A stretch of 64,000 nucleotides of DNA from positions 25,048,001 through 25,112,000 of the forward strand of contig OX597834.1 of the NCBI GenBank assembly GCA_951406725.2, read 5' to 3'. Numbering within the stretch: position 1 is the first letter of the stretch; each line of letters starts with the position of its first letter. Made by a program: the position numbers and the translations under genes. The stretch comes from Octopus vulgaris (Eukaryota). The notes under the pieces were generated by a model. It was not told the DNA's origin, did no database searches, and saw only the letters and a list, made by a program, of their open reading frames with translations. This document shows positions 52,106-64,000 of the stretch, in pieces.

Positions 52106-52545
52106 GGCGTAGGAGTGGCTGTGTGGTAAGTAGCTTGCTTACCAACCACATGGTTCCGGGTTCAGTCCGACTGCGTGGCACCTTGGGCAAGTGTCTTCTA
52201 CTATAGCCTTGTGAGTGGATTTGGTAGACGGAAACTGAAAGAAGCCCGTCGTATATATGTATGTATATATATATATGTGTGTGTGTGTGTGTATGTGTGT
52301 GTGTCTGTGTGTCTGTGTGTCTGTGTATGTTTGTGTGTCTGTGTTTGTACCCCCAACATCGCTTGACAACCGATGCTGGTGTGTTTACGTCCCCGTAACT
52401 TAGCGGTTCGGCAAAAGAGACCGATAGAATAAGTACTAGGCTTACAAACAATAAGTCCCGGGGTCGATTTGCTCGACTAAAGGCGGTGCTCCAGCATGGC
52501 CACAGTCAAATGACTGAAACAAGTAAAAGAGTAAAGAATAAAAGA
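52106..52545 (+). mobile_element. SINE family B
   Basis: Homolog of 5234..5667. Confidence 0.9.
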
Positions 52546-52845
52546 TTTACCAAAATTACATTAAAATATCTTGAAATACTAAAGAGTGAATAAATAGAAA
52601 CATTATTATTTCTAAATCTCTCAAGACGTTTCCTAGGTGCTAAACAACAATAACACTCGTCCCATCCAGGACTACCACATTATCTTGGCAAATAGTCTTT
52701 ACTTTAAAGTACTGTTACTGAATGTCTCTCTTGAGAGATTTGGAAATAATGTTTCTATTCATTAGACCAGTGGCTGTGTCTCACTTTGAAAATTATATAT
52801 TTTCGAACGGGAGTTCAGCATGGCTGTCTAGCTTGAGCAGCTACT

Positions 52846-52886
52846 CTATGCTGAGAAAGTGCAATAACCCAGAAACCGGTCCACAG
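52846..52886 (+). ncRNA. Degenerate minimal hammerhead-like motif enclosed by an 18-bp inverted repeat
   Basis: ctatg-CTGAGAA-agtgcaataaccca-GAAAC-CG-GTC-cacag. Flanked by tatattttcgaacgggag (52796-52813) and its exact reverse complement (52920-52937). Confidence 0.5.
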
Positions 52887-52979
52887 ATGTTGCTTTGTGC
52901 TGGATGGGAGTATTGACCTCTCCCGTTCGAAAATATAAAGACACAGATATCGTGTCGTATAGACAGCTGGAAACGACAT

Positions 52980-53400
<421 letters not shown>

Positions 53401-54143
53401 ATATTTGTTATGAAGTATTTTTCCATATTTTTCCTGAAGAATGTCATTCCTTGGGCATTTATAGAAGGGAAAGACCTTAAATTTTCCTTCTCCACATGTA
53501 TCCAAGTATTTTCTCAGTGGATTCTTTTGCAATTCCTTCTGTATATACATACACACACATATGATATTATACCCCTTTTATAATTTCGTACGATGGTATT
53601 CGTTTGAAAAGATCTACGTCTAAGAGTGCACGTAACAGTACCTATATTCTAATCTGTCTTCGTTCTGTTATATAGTTTATGCGTTGTAACGGGCATGTAG
53701 ATACATATTCGTCCTAAATTTGGTCGTGTCTATGTTTAAGAATACACATGTGTGTATGTACACATGTACGTATGTATGTATGTATGTATGTATGTATGTA
53801 TGTATGTATGTATGTATGTATGTATGTATGTAGATACGTACGTATGTATGTGTGTATGTATGTACGTATGTATGTATGTGTGCATGTATGTATGTATGTT
53901 TGTATGTATGTATGTGTGTGTGTGTATGTATGTATGTATGTATGTATGTATGTATGTGTGTGTGTATGTATGTATATATATATGTATGTATGTATGTATG
54001 CATGTATGTATGTGTGTGTATGTATGTATGTATGTATGTATGTATGTATGTATGTATGTATGTATGTATGCATGTATACATTGTATGTATGTATACATTG
54101 TATGTTTGCGTGTATATTTGCTAACATATGTTTATATGTATAT

Positions 54144-54428
54144 AGGAGTGGCAATGTGGTAAGTAGCTTGCTTACGAACCACATGCTTCCGGGTTCAGTC
54201 CCACTGCGTGGCACCTTGGGCAAGTGTCTTCTACTATAGCCTCGAGCCAACCAAAGCCTTGTGAGTGGATTTGGTAGACGGAAACTGAAAGAAGCCTGTC
54301 GTATATATATATATATATATATATATATACTAGGCTTACAAAGAATAAGTCCTGGGGTCGATTTGCTCGACTGAAGGCGGTGCTCTAGCATGGCCACAAC
54401 AGTCAAATGACTGAAACAAGTAAAAGAG
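54144..54428 (+). mobile_element. SINE family B, internally deleted
   Basis: Head intact; the TA tract joins directly to ctaggcttacaaagaataag. Confidence 0.85.
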
Positions 54429-54512
54429 CAACCTAAAAGATACATCGCATACGTACGTCTATGCAGATTCTTGTCTCACACGCGCGCACACGTGTGTGTG
54501 TGTGTGTGTATG

Positions 54513-54560
<48 letters not shown>

Positions 54561-55126
54561 TGTGTGTGTGGACTAATGAAGTCATACGTAAAGACATACG
54601 AATATCCTACTGCTATCACCTTATTTTTGTCCTTTTTTTTCTTTTTACTTTTTTCATTTCGCCCTTCATTTCTCTTCCCTACCCCCCCCCCCCCATATAA
54701 ACTTTTATTACTCATATTTATCTATCCTAACCACAAACATCCCAGTTTGCATCGTGCCGGCAACCAATCATTGACGCCAAGTATACATTAATGGGATTAT
54801 AATCTACTGTTTTAAGAGCAATAAGTTGAGTATACTGATAACGAAATGAAACCACACCTCTCTCTATCTCGCTAAGGCAATCGGTAAGTAGGGTGCGTTA
54901 TCGGTGATTTATTGATCCCGATTTCCTCTCTCACTTTCTTTTTCATTCTCCATTACGGCGTGTTATTTCTGACTAAACAGTACCTGGTGAAAAAATACGC
55001 CGGACGGGTACGAAACATTTGTAATATTATATAAAATGCATCCGTTATGCTTTTGAAACCGCTGTAGTACTCGACTACCTCTTCGCTATCTGTTATGTAT
55101 GTGCATGTATATAAAATATATGTATG

Positions 55127-55184
<58 letters not shown>

Positions 55185-55274
55185 CATATATATATATATA
55201 ATGTGTGTGTATGCATACACATACACACATACACACCGCTTTTTCTTTTTCACTCAATTTCTTTCTTCGCATCC

Positions 55275-55310
55275 TTTTCTGTCGAAGAGAGTAGGCTCGA
55301 AACGTCAAAG
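55275..55310 (+). ncRNA. Minimal hammerhead-like motif (CUGUCGA core variant) inside a ~165-bp element at 55235..55398
   Basis: tttt-CTGTCGA-a-gag agtagg ctc-GAAAC-GTC-aaag. The downstream ttccgagcgtcaaata resembles ttcctgagcgtctaata that follows the 33839 motif. Confidence 0.5.
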
Positions 55311-55407
55311 ACTTCCATTCTTTCCGAGCGTCAAATACACCTGCTTACCATTCCCGTGCCTGCCTTTGTCTTTTGTTTTCTGTACATTTCAACCATTATA
55401 TATACAC

Positions 55408-55475
<68 letters not shown>

Positions 55476-56363
55476 GTGTGTGTATACACACACACACATA
55501 TATATATATATATACACACACACATATATGTATGTCTGTCAATAATGTGATGTGTATGCATGAAATTTAATGATCTCAGTGATTGTCTTCATCTTAAAAA
55601 AGAAATAATATAATCACTCGCAGTTTACTCTCCCTACTCTTTCTCTCTCTCTCTCTCTCTCTCTCCCTCTCTCTCTCCCACTCACCCACAACCTCTCTAT
55701 TTCTATCTATCTATTCCTTTCTCTTTTGCCTTCCATCTCCTCCCCTCCTCTAACTGTCATATGATATGTCGCGTTATTTCTTGGTTGGTTAAACACGTTG
55801 ACGTACTTACTGCTTGCCTAGTACGATACGACCATGGAAGGAAGTGCGTGCGACTGTTGCTGCTTCTTGTGCAAGCTGTGGTCGTGACACTCGTCGTTGT
55901 CATCGTTGTGGAGAGTGTAACCGAGACGAGATAAAACGTGATCAGGCGCAGAATAGTAGCTAACCAATGCTACCCGGGATGATCATCCATATTTCGTTAT
56001 GGTAGATGCGCACAAGGCTTCATTTCCACGCACGCCAGCTAATTCAATTCATCCTTAGTCGAAACACCTGTTGTTATGTCTTGTCCTGTTATTATTTTTA
56101 TTGTATTTGTGTAACATTGTCCTTTTTTTCGTCCTTGTTTTTGTACACATTCGCTGCTTTCTTCCGAGGAATCTAATGTTCTTAGCTTAGTTTTTCCTTG
56201 GGGTTGGCCAGATTGGGGCAATCGCCGAAATTGCGAAGATAATCTGGTACTCGACTGAGGAAAGAAAACTTCGAATGACCCGTCCTTGTTTTCTTTGTAT
56301 CGTCTATCTGGATGTTTTGTTGTCACGTTTTTGTATCACCTAACTGTCCGTGTGTGTGTGTGC

Positions 56364-56462
<99 letters not shown>

Positions 56463-56820
56463 GGACTCTCTTGTTGTGAATGACAGATGCGGGTTTTGCA
56501 GTACGTATCTTTACATTGATCTTCAGTTGACATTGGTTAATGTATAAGAGATGTTTTATGGCGTTGACTGACGTTCATGAGTGGGTTTATGCTTTCTTGT
56601 GTAGGAGGCGAACGCTGCCTAACTACCAGCTACTAATCCACGTGTTATCAGTTCCGATCTCATAGGACATCACGGATAGATGTCTCCTACCATAGCTTCG
56701 TTTTCATCAAATCCTCGTGAATGAAACCAACCTTTTTTACTCACTCTATTTGCCTATCAATCGATCTATCAAAACCTACGGTCTTTCCGAAATCTATCTG
56801 TCTGCCTGCCTGCCTGTCTG

Positions 56821-56894
<74 letters not shown>

Positions 56895-57039
56895 CGTCTG
56901 TCTGTCTATACATACATACATACATCAGCCGAAATTGCGAGGATGATCTGGTTCTAGACTGAAGATTAGAGACTTCGAATGACCCGTCCGTGTTTTTTGT
57001 ATCGTCTATTTGAATGTTTTGCGTTCTTGTCCCATTTTG

Positions 57040-57122
<83 letters not shown>

Positions 57123-58388
57123 ATGTATGTATGTATGTATGTATGTATGTATGTATGTATATGTGTGTGTGTGTATATATATATATTCACTTTTAGTATT
57201 GTTTTCTCACTTAATCTAATTAAATCTTTATCCGTCTATCTCCCATTGATATACTCAGTCAGTCTGTTTGCCGATCCATTGATCTAAATAAATCTACATT
57301 TTCCTCTAAATCTATCTATTTCCTTCTATATTCTCCCATAAACGCGTTTTTTTTTCCTTTATCTAAATTTCTATCATCCTGTTCATGTGTAGATTCTCCC
57401 ATAACGTCAAATTTTTTCAATTAATCCGTATGTACATGGTTTTTAAACAAGGTTTACTCCCAGTTACGCGCTTTTTACTGTGTCCCGTACTAAACAGCAA
57501 TAGAGTAAGGGACAATCGATTATATCCAACACCCCCTGCCCATTATCCAGTACTTATTTTATCATATTTTTATCATCTGATACACATTTTAATGATCTCC
57601 AGATGATGAAAGTTATAAAAGATCTTAATAGGATTTGAACAGAGATGATAAAAGTATTTGTCCAACACCCTACCAATTCAACTACCAACCCATGCCATTT
57701 TGCTTATTCCCTTCATTCAAGTTATTCGATTCCTCACTCCCTCAGATTGGCTGAGTTCCGAGTTCAAATTCCGCCGAGGTCGACTTTGCCTTTCATCCTT
57801 TCGGGGTCGATAAATTAAGTACCAGTTACGCACTGGGGTCGATGTAATTGACTTAATCCGTTTGTCTGTCCTTGATTGTCCCCTCTGTGTTTAGCCCCTT
57901 GTGGGTAGTAAAGAAATATATATAGATCTTCTTCATACAACCACAACTTACTTCAAATAGACATTATTTTCAACTCAATGTAAGGCGGTGAGCTGGCAGA
58001 ACCGTTAGCATGTCAGGCAAAAATGCTTATCAACATTTCGTCCGTTTTGGGTTCAAATTCCTCTGAGGTCGACTTTGCCTTTCATTCTTTCGAGGTGGAT
58101 AAAATATGCAACAGTTAAGCACCAAGGTCGATGTAATTGACTATTTCCTCTCCGAAATTCCTGGCCATGAGTCAAAATTTGAAACCCATATTTTCTACTC
58201 AGTGTATAATAAAATATGTCATACATTGTATTATACACCCATCTTTATCTCTTACACTGTATACTTATTTTGAATCCATGTCTGTCTGTCTGTCTGTCTG
58301 TCGTCTGCCTTTATGTGTGTCTGTGTGTATGTATATCTGTCTCTGGTGTGGCACTAACAATCAAATGTTTCCACGCTTTCCGACAACA

Positions 58389-58424
<36 letters not shown>

Positions 58425-58594
58425 CATGAATTCCGTCTCCTCTCATTACTGTTTTTCACAATACAATGTAGGTTATACAAATATGTTTGGTGAGAGTGTT
58501 ATCAAAATAACTGACCACGTGACCGGAAAACAAATAGAGAACGACATCTACTATACACACCTCAAGACCTAGTTACGGAACGCACGTGCGGCCA

Positions 58595-58780
58595 CACACA
58601 TACTTGCACACATGCATATACATAACTACATAAATGTACATACACACACATACACACATACTTGCACACATGCATATACATAACTACATAAATGTACATA
58701 CACACACACACACACACATACTTGCACACATGCATATAAATAACTACATAAATGTACATACACACACACACACATATATA
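58595..58780 (+). repeat. Three tandem units of about 58-60 bp built from CA/TA microsatellite
   Basis: cacacatacttgcacacatgcatatacataactacataaatgtacatacacacaca repeated three times. Confidence 0.85.
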
Positions 58781-60304
58781 TGTACATACACACATACTTG
58801 TACATACACACACACATATGTGCATACACACACACGTATATGTACATACACATACACACACATATGTACATACATACACACGTATATGTACATATAGATG
58901 CATGCATACGTACAGATAGACAAGCAGTTATAAAGTATATGGTTCTCCATCAGTTTCGACGATTTATATTCAGTTGTTTCGTCAACTGGACTCCCTGTAT
59001 TAGTGTATAAGTGGTTGAATATTCCACACACATGTGTCCCTTTAATGCAAATCTCAGACCGAATCAGTGTGACACAGCGTGTGCCTGTTTGCGCGCGTGT
59101 ACAATTCGTCCGTTGGATTTCCACACAACTTCCATTCATTTCGTTTCACTCACAAGGTTTGAGGAGACTCGAGGCCAGAAGATGTCACACACCGAAGACG
59201 AACCTGAGACCGATCTCGTTATTGTAAAGTAAATATTTTCGCGCTTTGTGTGGTAAGAAATTTGCTTCTTCCTCACCACATTGTTCAGCGTTCAGATCCA
59301 CTGTACTCACGACGGGCTTTCTGTTTTGGTCTACCAAATCCACTCATAAGGCTTTTGTCGGTCGAGGCTATCATTGTAGATACTTATCAAGTGTGCCACG
59401 CAGTGGGACTGAACCTGGAACTATGTGGTTGGGAAGCAAACTTATTACTACACAGCTTTATCTGTTCTTACTTAACTGTAAATTTAAGTTAGGTAAGTTC
59501 ACCTTGGGGAGAAAAGGAAATCTGTTTTCTAGACTTCGCCCTTTATGGGGAAAGATAACATATTTCTAAGCGGCTAAAAAATGTATTTGGAGTCCCTCCG
59601 ATGAAAGTTCAATTCCGAAACGTCATATAGCTTTTCTCCCAGGAGCATGGGTGGAAGGAATCAGGTAGCAGTGGGTTCATTTAGGGACTACACAATAACA
59701 ACAATTGACCAGTAGTTTATTTGAACAGTGTCAGGTGCAAGAAAAGGAAGGGGAAAAGTAAGAGGAAGAAAGAAAGAAGGAAAGAAAGAGAAAACACTGG
59801 GTCAAAGAAACAGAAAGAGAGCGAGAGGTGGAGTATGACCAGGCAAATAAAACTTTCTAATTTAGGCACAAGACCTAAAATTTTGTGGAAGCGTTTGGAC
59901 GGGAACTTAACTGGTACTTTGTTTATCGACCCCGAAAGGATTAAAGGCAAACTTCACCTCTAATTAAGATTTGAAATCAGGACTTAAACTAGAATAGCTA
60001 AATTGTAACTCAAAGTATATTTGTCCGATGTTTTAACGATTCTGCCAAGCTATCGTCAGTTATAGCTGTGAAAGCAACAATACCAGTCCTTAGTAAGAGG
60101 TATTACTACTAGCACCATCATCACAGGCAGCACTAATACCAAAACTGCAATGATATACCACTATCACCACTACTATTACAAGTACTGCAACTAAACACCA
60201 CCACTACCACCATCGCTCTCAACATCAACCGCCGTCGCCGACACTGTCGGTTGAACAAACATAACATTATCTTCGCGCCTTATCATATACGGGCATCTAT
60301 CTAT

Positions 60305-60322
60305 ACACAGACATACACACAT

Positions 60323-60361
<39 letters not shown>

Positions 60362-60477
60362 CACACACACAAGCACATACACACACACACAAACACGCAC
60401 ACACAGGCGCACACAAACACGCACACACAGGCACACACACACACTCACACACACACATTCACCTACACACAAACACG

Positions 60478-60540
<63 letters not shown>

Positions 60541-61005
60541 GCACACACGCACACACAAACACGCACACACACACACACATGCACATACACACACACCACG
60601 CACACACACACGCACACACACACACACACATGCACATACACACCCACACATACACACACGCACACACACACACACATGCACATACACACCCACACATACA
60701 TACACATGCATATACACACAAACACGCACAAACACACACACAAACACGCACACACTCACATGTATGCATATATATATATGTATACGCGAACACATACGCA
60801 TATATACATACGTGTATAGACATACACATATATACATACGTGTATATACATACACATATATACATACGTGTATATGCATACACATATATACATACGTGTA
60901 TATGCATACACACATACATATATAGAGAGACACATACATATATAGAGACACATACATATATAGAGACACATACATATATAGAGACACATATACACTTACA
61001 CACGC
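60305..61005. repeat. Degenerate (CA)n tract followed by 28-bp and 18-bp higher-order repeats
   Basis: CA-rich from 60305 to 60760; tatacatacgtgtata...cacata units from 60800 to 60915; tatagagacacatacata units from 60920 to 60990. Confidence 0.9.
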
Positions 61006-61230
61006 ATATCTAGACATACTTTAGCGACAACAATTACAAACAAGCATGCTACAACTACTACAAGACTCTTTTTCTGTTCCTGTCACCTAACACGATTGCA
61101 TAGGTATGTATGAGTGTATATATATTTAATATTATATAGTGTATGTAATTAAATGGATTGTAAGTACATATGGGATATGCACACAATATATATTTGCGTG
61201 CTGCCTTTGTGCTCGAATCTGTGTGTGTAT

Positions 61231-61271
<41 letters not shown>

Positions 61272-61331
61272 CGTTCACATGTAATAATATATTTTCATAG
61301 ACGCTTAACACATACTCGCCTGCAGGCAGTT

Positions 61332-61373
<42 letters not shown>

Positions 61374-61834
61374 CATCTATATATACACACTAACAGTCAG
61401 TAGTAGTCAGTCGCTGACCTGCTTCTTCTGTGTGAATTACTACTGACAGTTTATATATACCGTTCGTTAGCTGCCTCACAGCCATGATCAACACTACCAC
61501 CACCACCACAACCGCCACCACCAATAACAACAACAACAACAACACCATCACCGCCAACACGAACATTACTGACTAACACGACCAGCACCACTACGTTCCC
61601 GCTCGACACTACCACTACCATCACTACCAGTAGTATCGTCAACACCACTACAAACACCAGCACCACACTACCACTTCTTACTAACACTACTTATCAACAG
61701 CACTATCATTAGTACCACCACCACCACAATTAGCACCGATACTACTCTCACAACTGCCTTCGTCAACAACTCACTATCATCAAAGCCATCACAGCACATC
61801 CACCACCACCACTACTACTACAACTATTGTCATA

Positions 61835-62230
61835 CCTATTTCTTTACTACCCACAAGGGGCTACACACACACAGAGGACAAACAAGGACAGACAAAGGGA
61901 TTAAGTCGATTATATCGACCCCAGTGCGTAACTGGTACTTAATTTATAGACTCCGAAAGGATGAAAGGCAAAGTCGACTTCGGCGGAATTTGAACTCAGA
62001 ACGTAAAGACAGACGAAATACCTATTTCTTTATTACCCACAAGGGCCTAAACATAGAGGGGACAAACAAGGACAGACATAGGTATTAAGTCGATTATATC
62101 GACCCCAGTGCGTAACTGGTACTTAATTTATCGACCCCGAAAGGATGAAAGGCAAAGTCGACCTCGGAGGAATTTGACCTCAGAACGTAAAGACAGACGA
62201 AATACCGCTAAGCATTTCGCCCGGCGTGCA
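61835..62230 (-). mobile_element. SINE family C, tandem dimer
   Basis: Two consecutive units of about 185 bp (61835-62020 and 62021-62230), each starting acctatttcttta(c/t)tacccacaaggg on the + strand. Confidence 0.85.
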
Positions 62231-62669
62231 ACTATTGTCATACCGACCTACCAACATATACGTCCACACACATACACACACACAATACACACATACACGA
62301 GAGGTTGCCGAAAACTTCCTGACTTCGGGTATCGGCTACCAAATGTTATCATACAGTATGAGTTCTCCTATTCACTGCATATACATGTGAACATCTGCAA
62401 ATATCCATAGAGTATAAACAAAGCATTTTAATACGATAAAATAGATCGAACAGGCTTTATTGCAATTCTCTGCAATTGTTTCAGCGCATCGTTATGAGCT
62501 GTTAATTGCTGAATGTTAGATAAACTATACGCATTATTCTATTAATATGATTCAACAATTGCTGTGTACATAAGCATCCTCGGAAGACCAGAGTCAAAGC
62601 GCTGCTATATCGTCCATTAGTCTCCTCTCATTTCATAATGTATCATTATCAGCTATAAATTGCTGAATT

Positions 62670-63169
62670 TTACATATATTGCAGTGCTGCAGCCGCTTGG
62701 TAAAAGCCCCGTGGAAGCCCTCCAAACTGAAGGTATCCAGAACCCTTGTAACAGCCTCTTTCATCTTCAAAACGACTGTCCCTAAGGTTCTCCTTTAGCT
62801 TGGGAAATAACATAAAGCCACGGGAAGCAAGGTCTGGACTGTAGGCAGGGTGATGGACAATTTTGAAGTCCGTCTCTGTCAAGTAGTTGGGCACTACGAA
62901 CAAACTTTGCAAAAATTTTGTGTGTAGTTGCCACATCAACTATAAATTACATGCCTATTGCCTTACGGCATATGACGCTCTTTAACCAGAAAATTGCGAA
63001 TTTTCTCAAAGAGCTCAGATGTTCTGATGTCCTTCTCCCTCGCACACCTCTTATCGTCTCTAACCTTCTCTTCACCGTCCTTGAAACTCTTGTGCCAGCA
63101 AAAAAAATTATCCGTAAACAATCTAGAGTATTGCATAATTTTCTGTAGCATTTTTGCCCCGTTTAACAC
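62670..63169 (-). pseudogene. Internally deleted mariner transposase remnant
   Basis: Minus-strand pieces: WHKSFKDGEEKVRDDKR (HTH region) lie directly next to VHHPAYSPDLASRGFMLFPKLKENLR (YSPDL motif); the central catalytic segment is missing. Confidence 0.8.
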
Positions 63170-63469
63170 AAAACATTATTGCATGGTGGGGGGAGGGTTT
63201 TCAAAACGTCCCGACTGCGTTCGGTAAACCAGCCAGCCGTGGCAAGCCGTGGCAAACCGTGGCAAGCAGTGTGTGACAAGCAGTATTTACTAGGGTGTGC
63301 TCAAAGTGCTGTTACCGCCGTCTCCTTCAATCTGGAACAACAAAAGTCGACAAATGAGCTTATTAGTCGTATAATAATGATAGACTGGAATTACAATTAT
63401 CTAGGACGATTATAACAGCTTCTAAATGAAACTCTCAAAACTACTGGAATGCACCGCACACACACACAC

Positions 63470-63519
<50 letters not shown>

Positions 63520-63787
63520 ACATATATATGAGCGCAGGCGTAGCTGCGTGGTAAGACGTTTATTTCCTAAACATGGTTCTGGGTTCAGTCCCACTGCGTG
63601 GCACCTTGGGTAAGATTCTTCTACTATAGCCTCGGGTCGACTGAAAAGAACCATCGTGTATATATATATATATATAATGTATACATTTATATATATATGG
63701 TGGTGCTATTAAGTTAGACATGGCCTGGGCCAATAATGGCCGAAACCTATCAAAGTATCAAAGTATATATTTATATATATATATATA

Positions 63788-64000
63788 CGAGGGACGTTCA
63801 TTAAAGATTTTTCCCCTGACCCACTTTCGGTTATTGCAGGAAACGGAACTTGTACAGGTATAGTTATACATGTCTTTACATGTCACATTGTAAATTGCAG
63901 CTGTCCACTAATATTAATTTGTCCTTTACGGCTGCTGAAGTGGACTAAGGTGTCACAATAGAGGCAGCTGAATGCAGATCAATGATCAAGTTCTTATACT
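63788..64000 (+). mobile_element. 5' end of another mariner-like element, truncated by the window edge
   Basis: TA|CGAGGGACGTTCATTAAAG resembles a mariner TIR start and follows a TA tract. The window ends in frame EAAECRSMIKFLY, resembling the E-x-R-x-x-I-K-F transposase N-terminus. Confidence 0.6.

Noticed and set aside
59598-59624. CCGATGA...GAAACGTC hammerhead-like string
   Set aside because: Stems I and II do not pair.

Overview
AT-rich, extremely microsatellite-dense eukaryotic genomic DNA. The SINE repertoire points to a coleoid cephalopod, probably Octopus; this is an inference from recalled repeat families, not a search. Two spliced protein-coding genes can be built by hand, both on the minus strand. 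(1) A BTB/POZ-BACK protein with a divergent, possibly kelch-like C-terminus: complement(join(1332..3093,3909..4059,6288..6312)), 645 aa. (2) A GAPR-1/GLIPR2-like CAP-superfamily protein with exons 22872..23033, 21903..22025 and 14765..14931; its first coding exon is uncertain and one histidine of the CAP tetrad is replaced by Tyr. Almost all other listed ORFs are translations of simple repeats. The rest is transposon debris: dozens of tRNA-derived SINEs with shuffled modules, a full-length fossil mariner plus two mariner fragments, a CR1 LINE 3' end, a restriction-like endonuclease LINE fragment, a hAT MITE with a nested Helentron-type element, and foldback elements. The most striking signal that the ORF track misses is at least eight minimal type I hammerhead-ribozyme-like motifs (CUGANGA...GAAAC-palindrome-GUH) in short non-coding elements. 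Several are enclosed by copy-specific inverted duplications, consistent with non-autonomous Penelope-like or retrozyme-like RNA elements.
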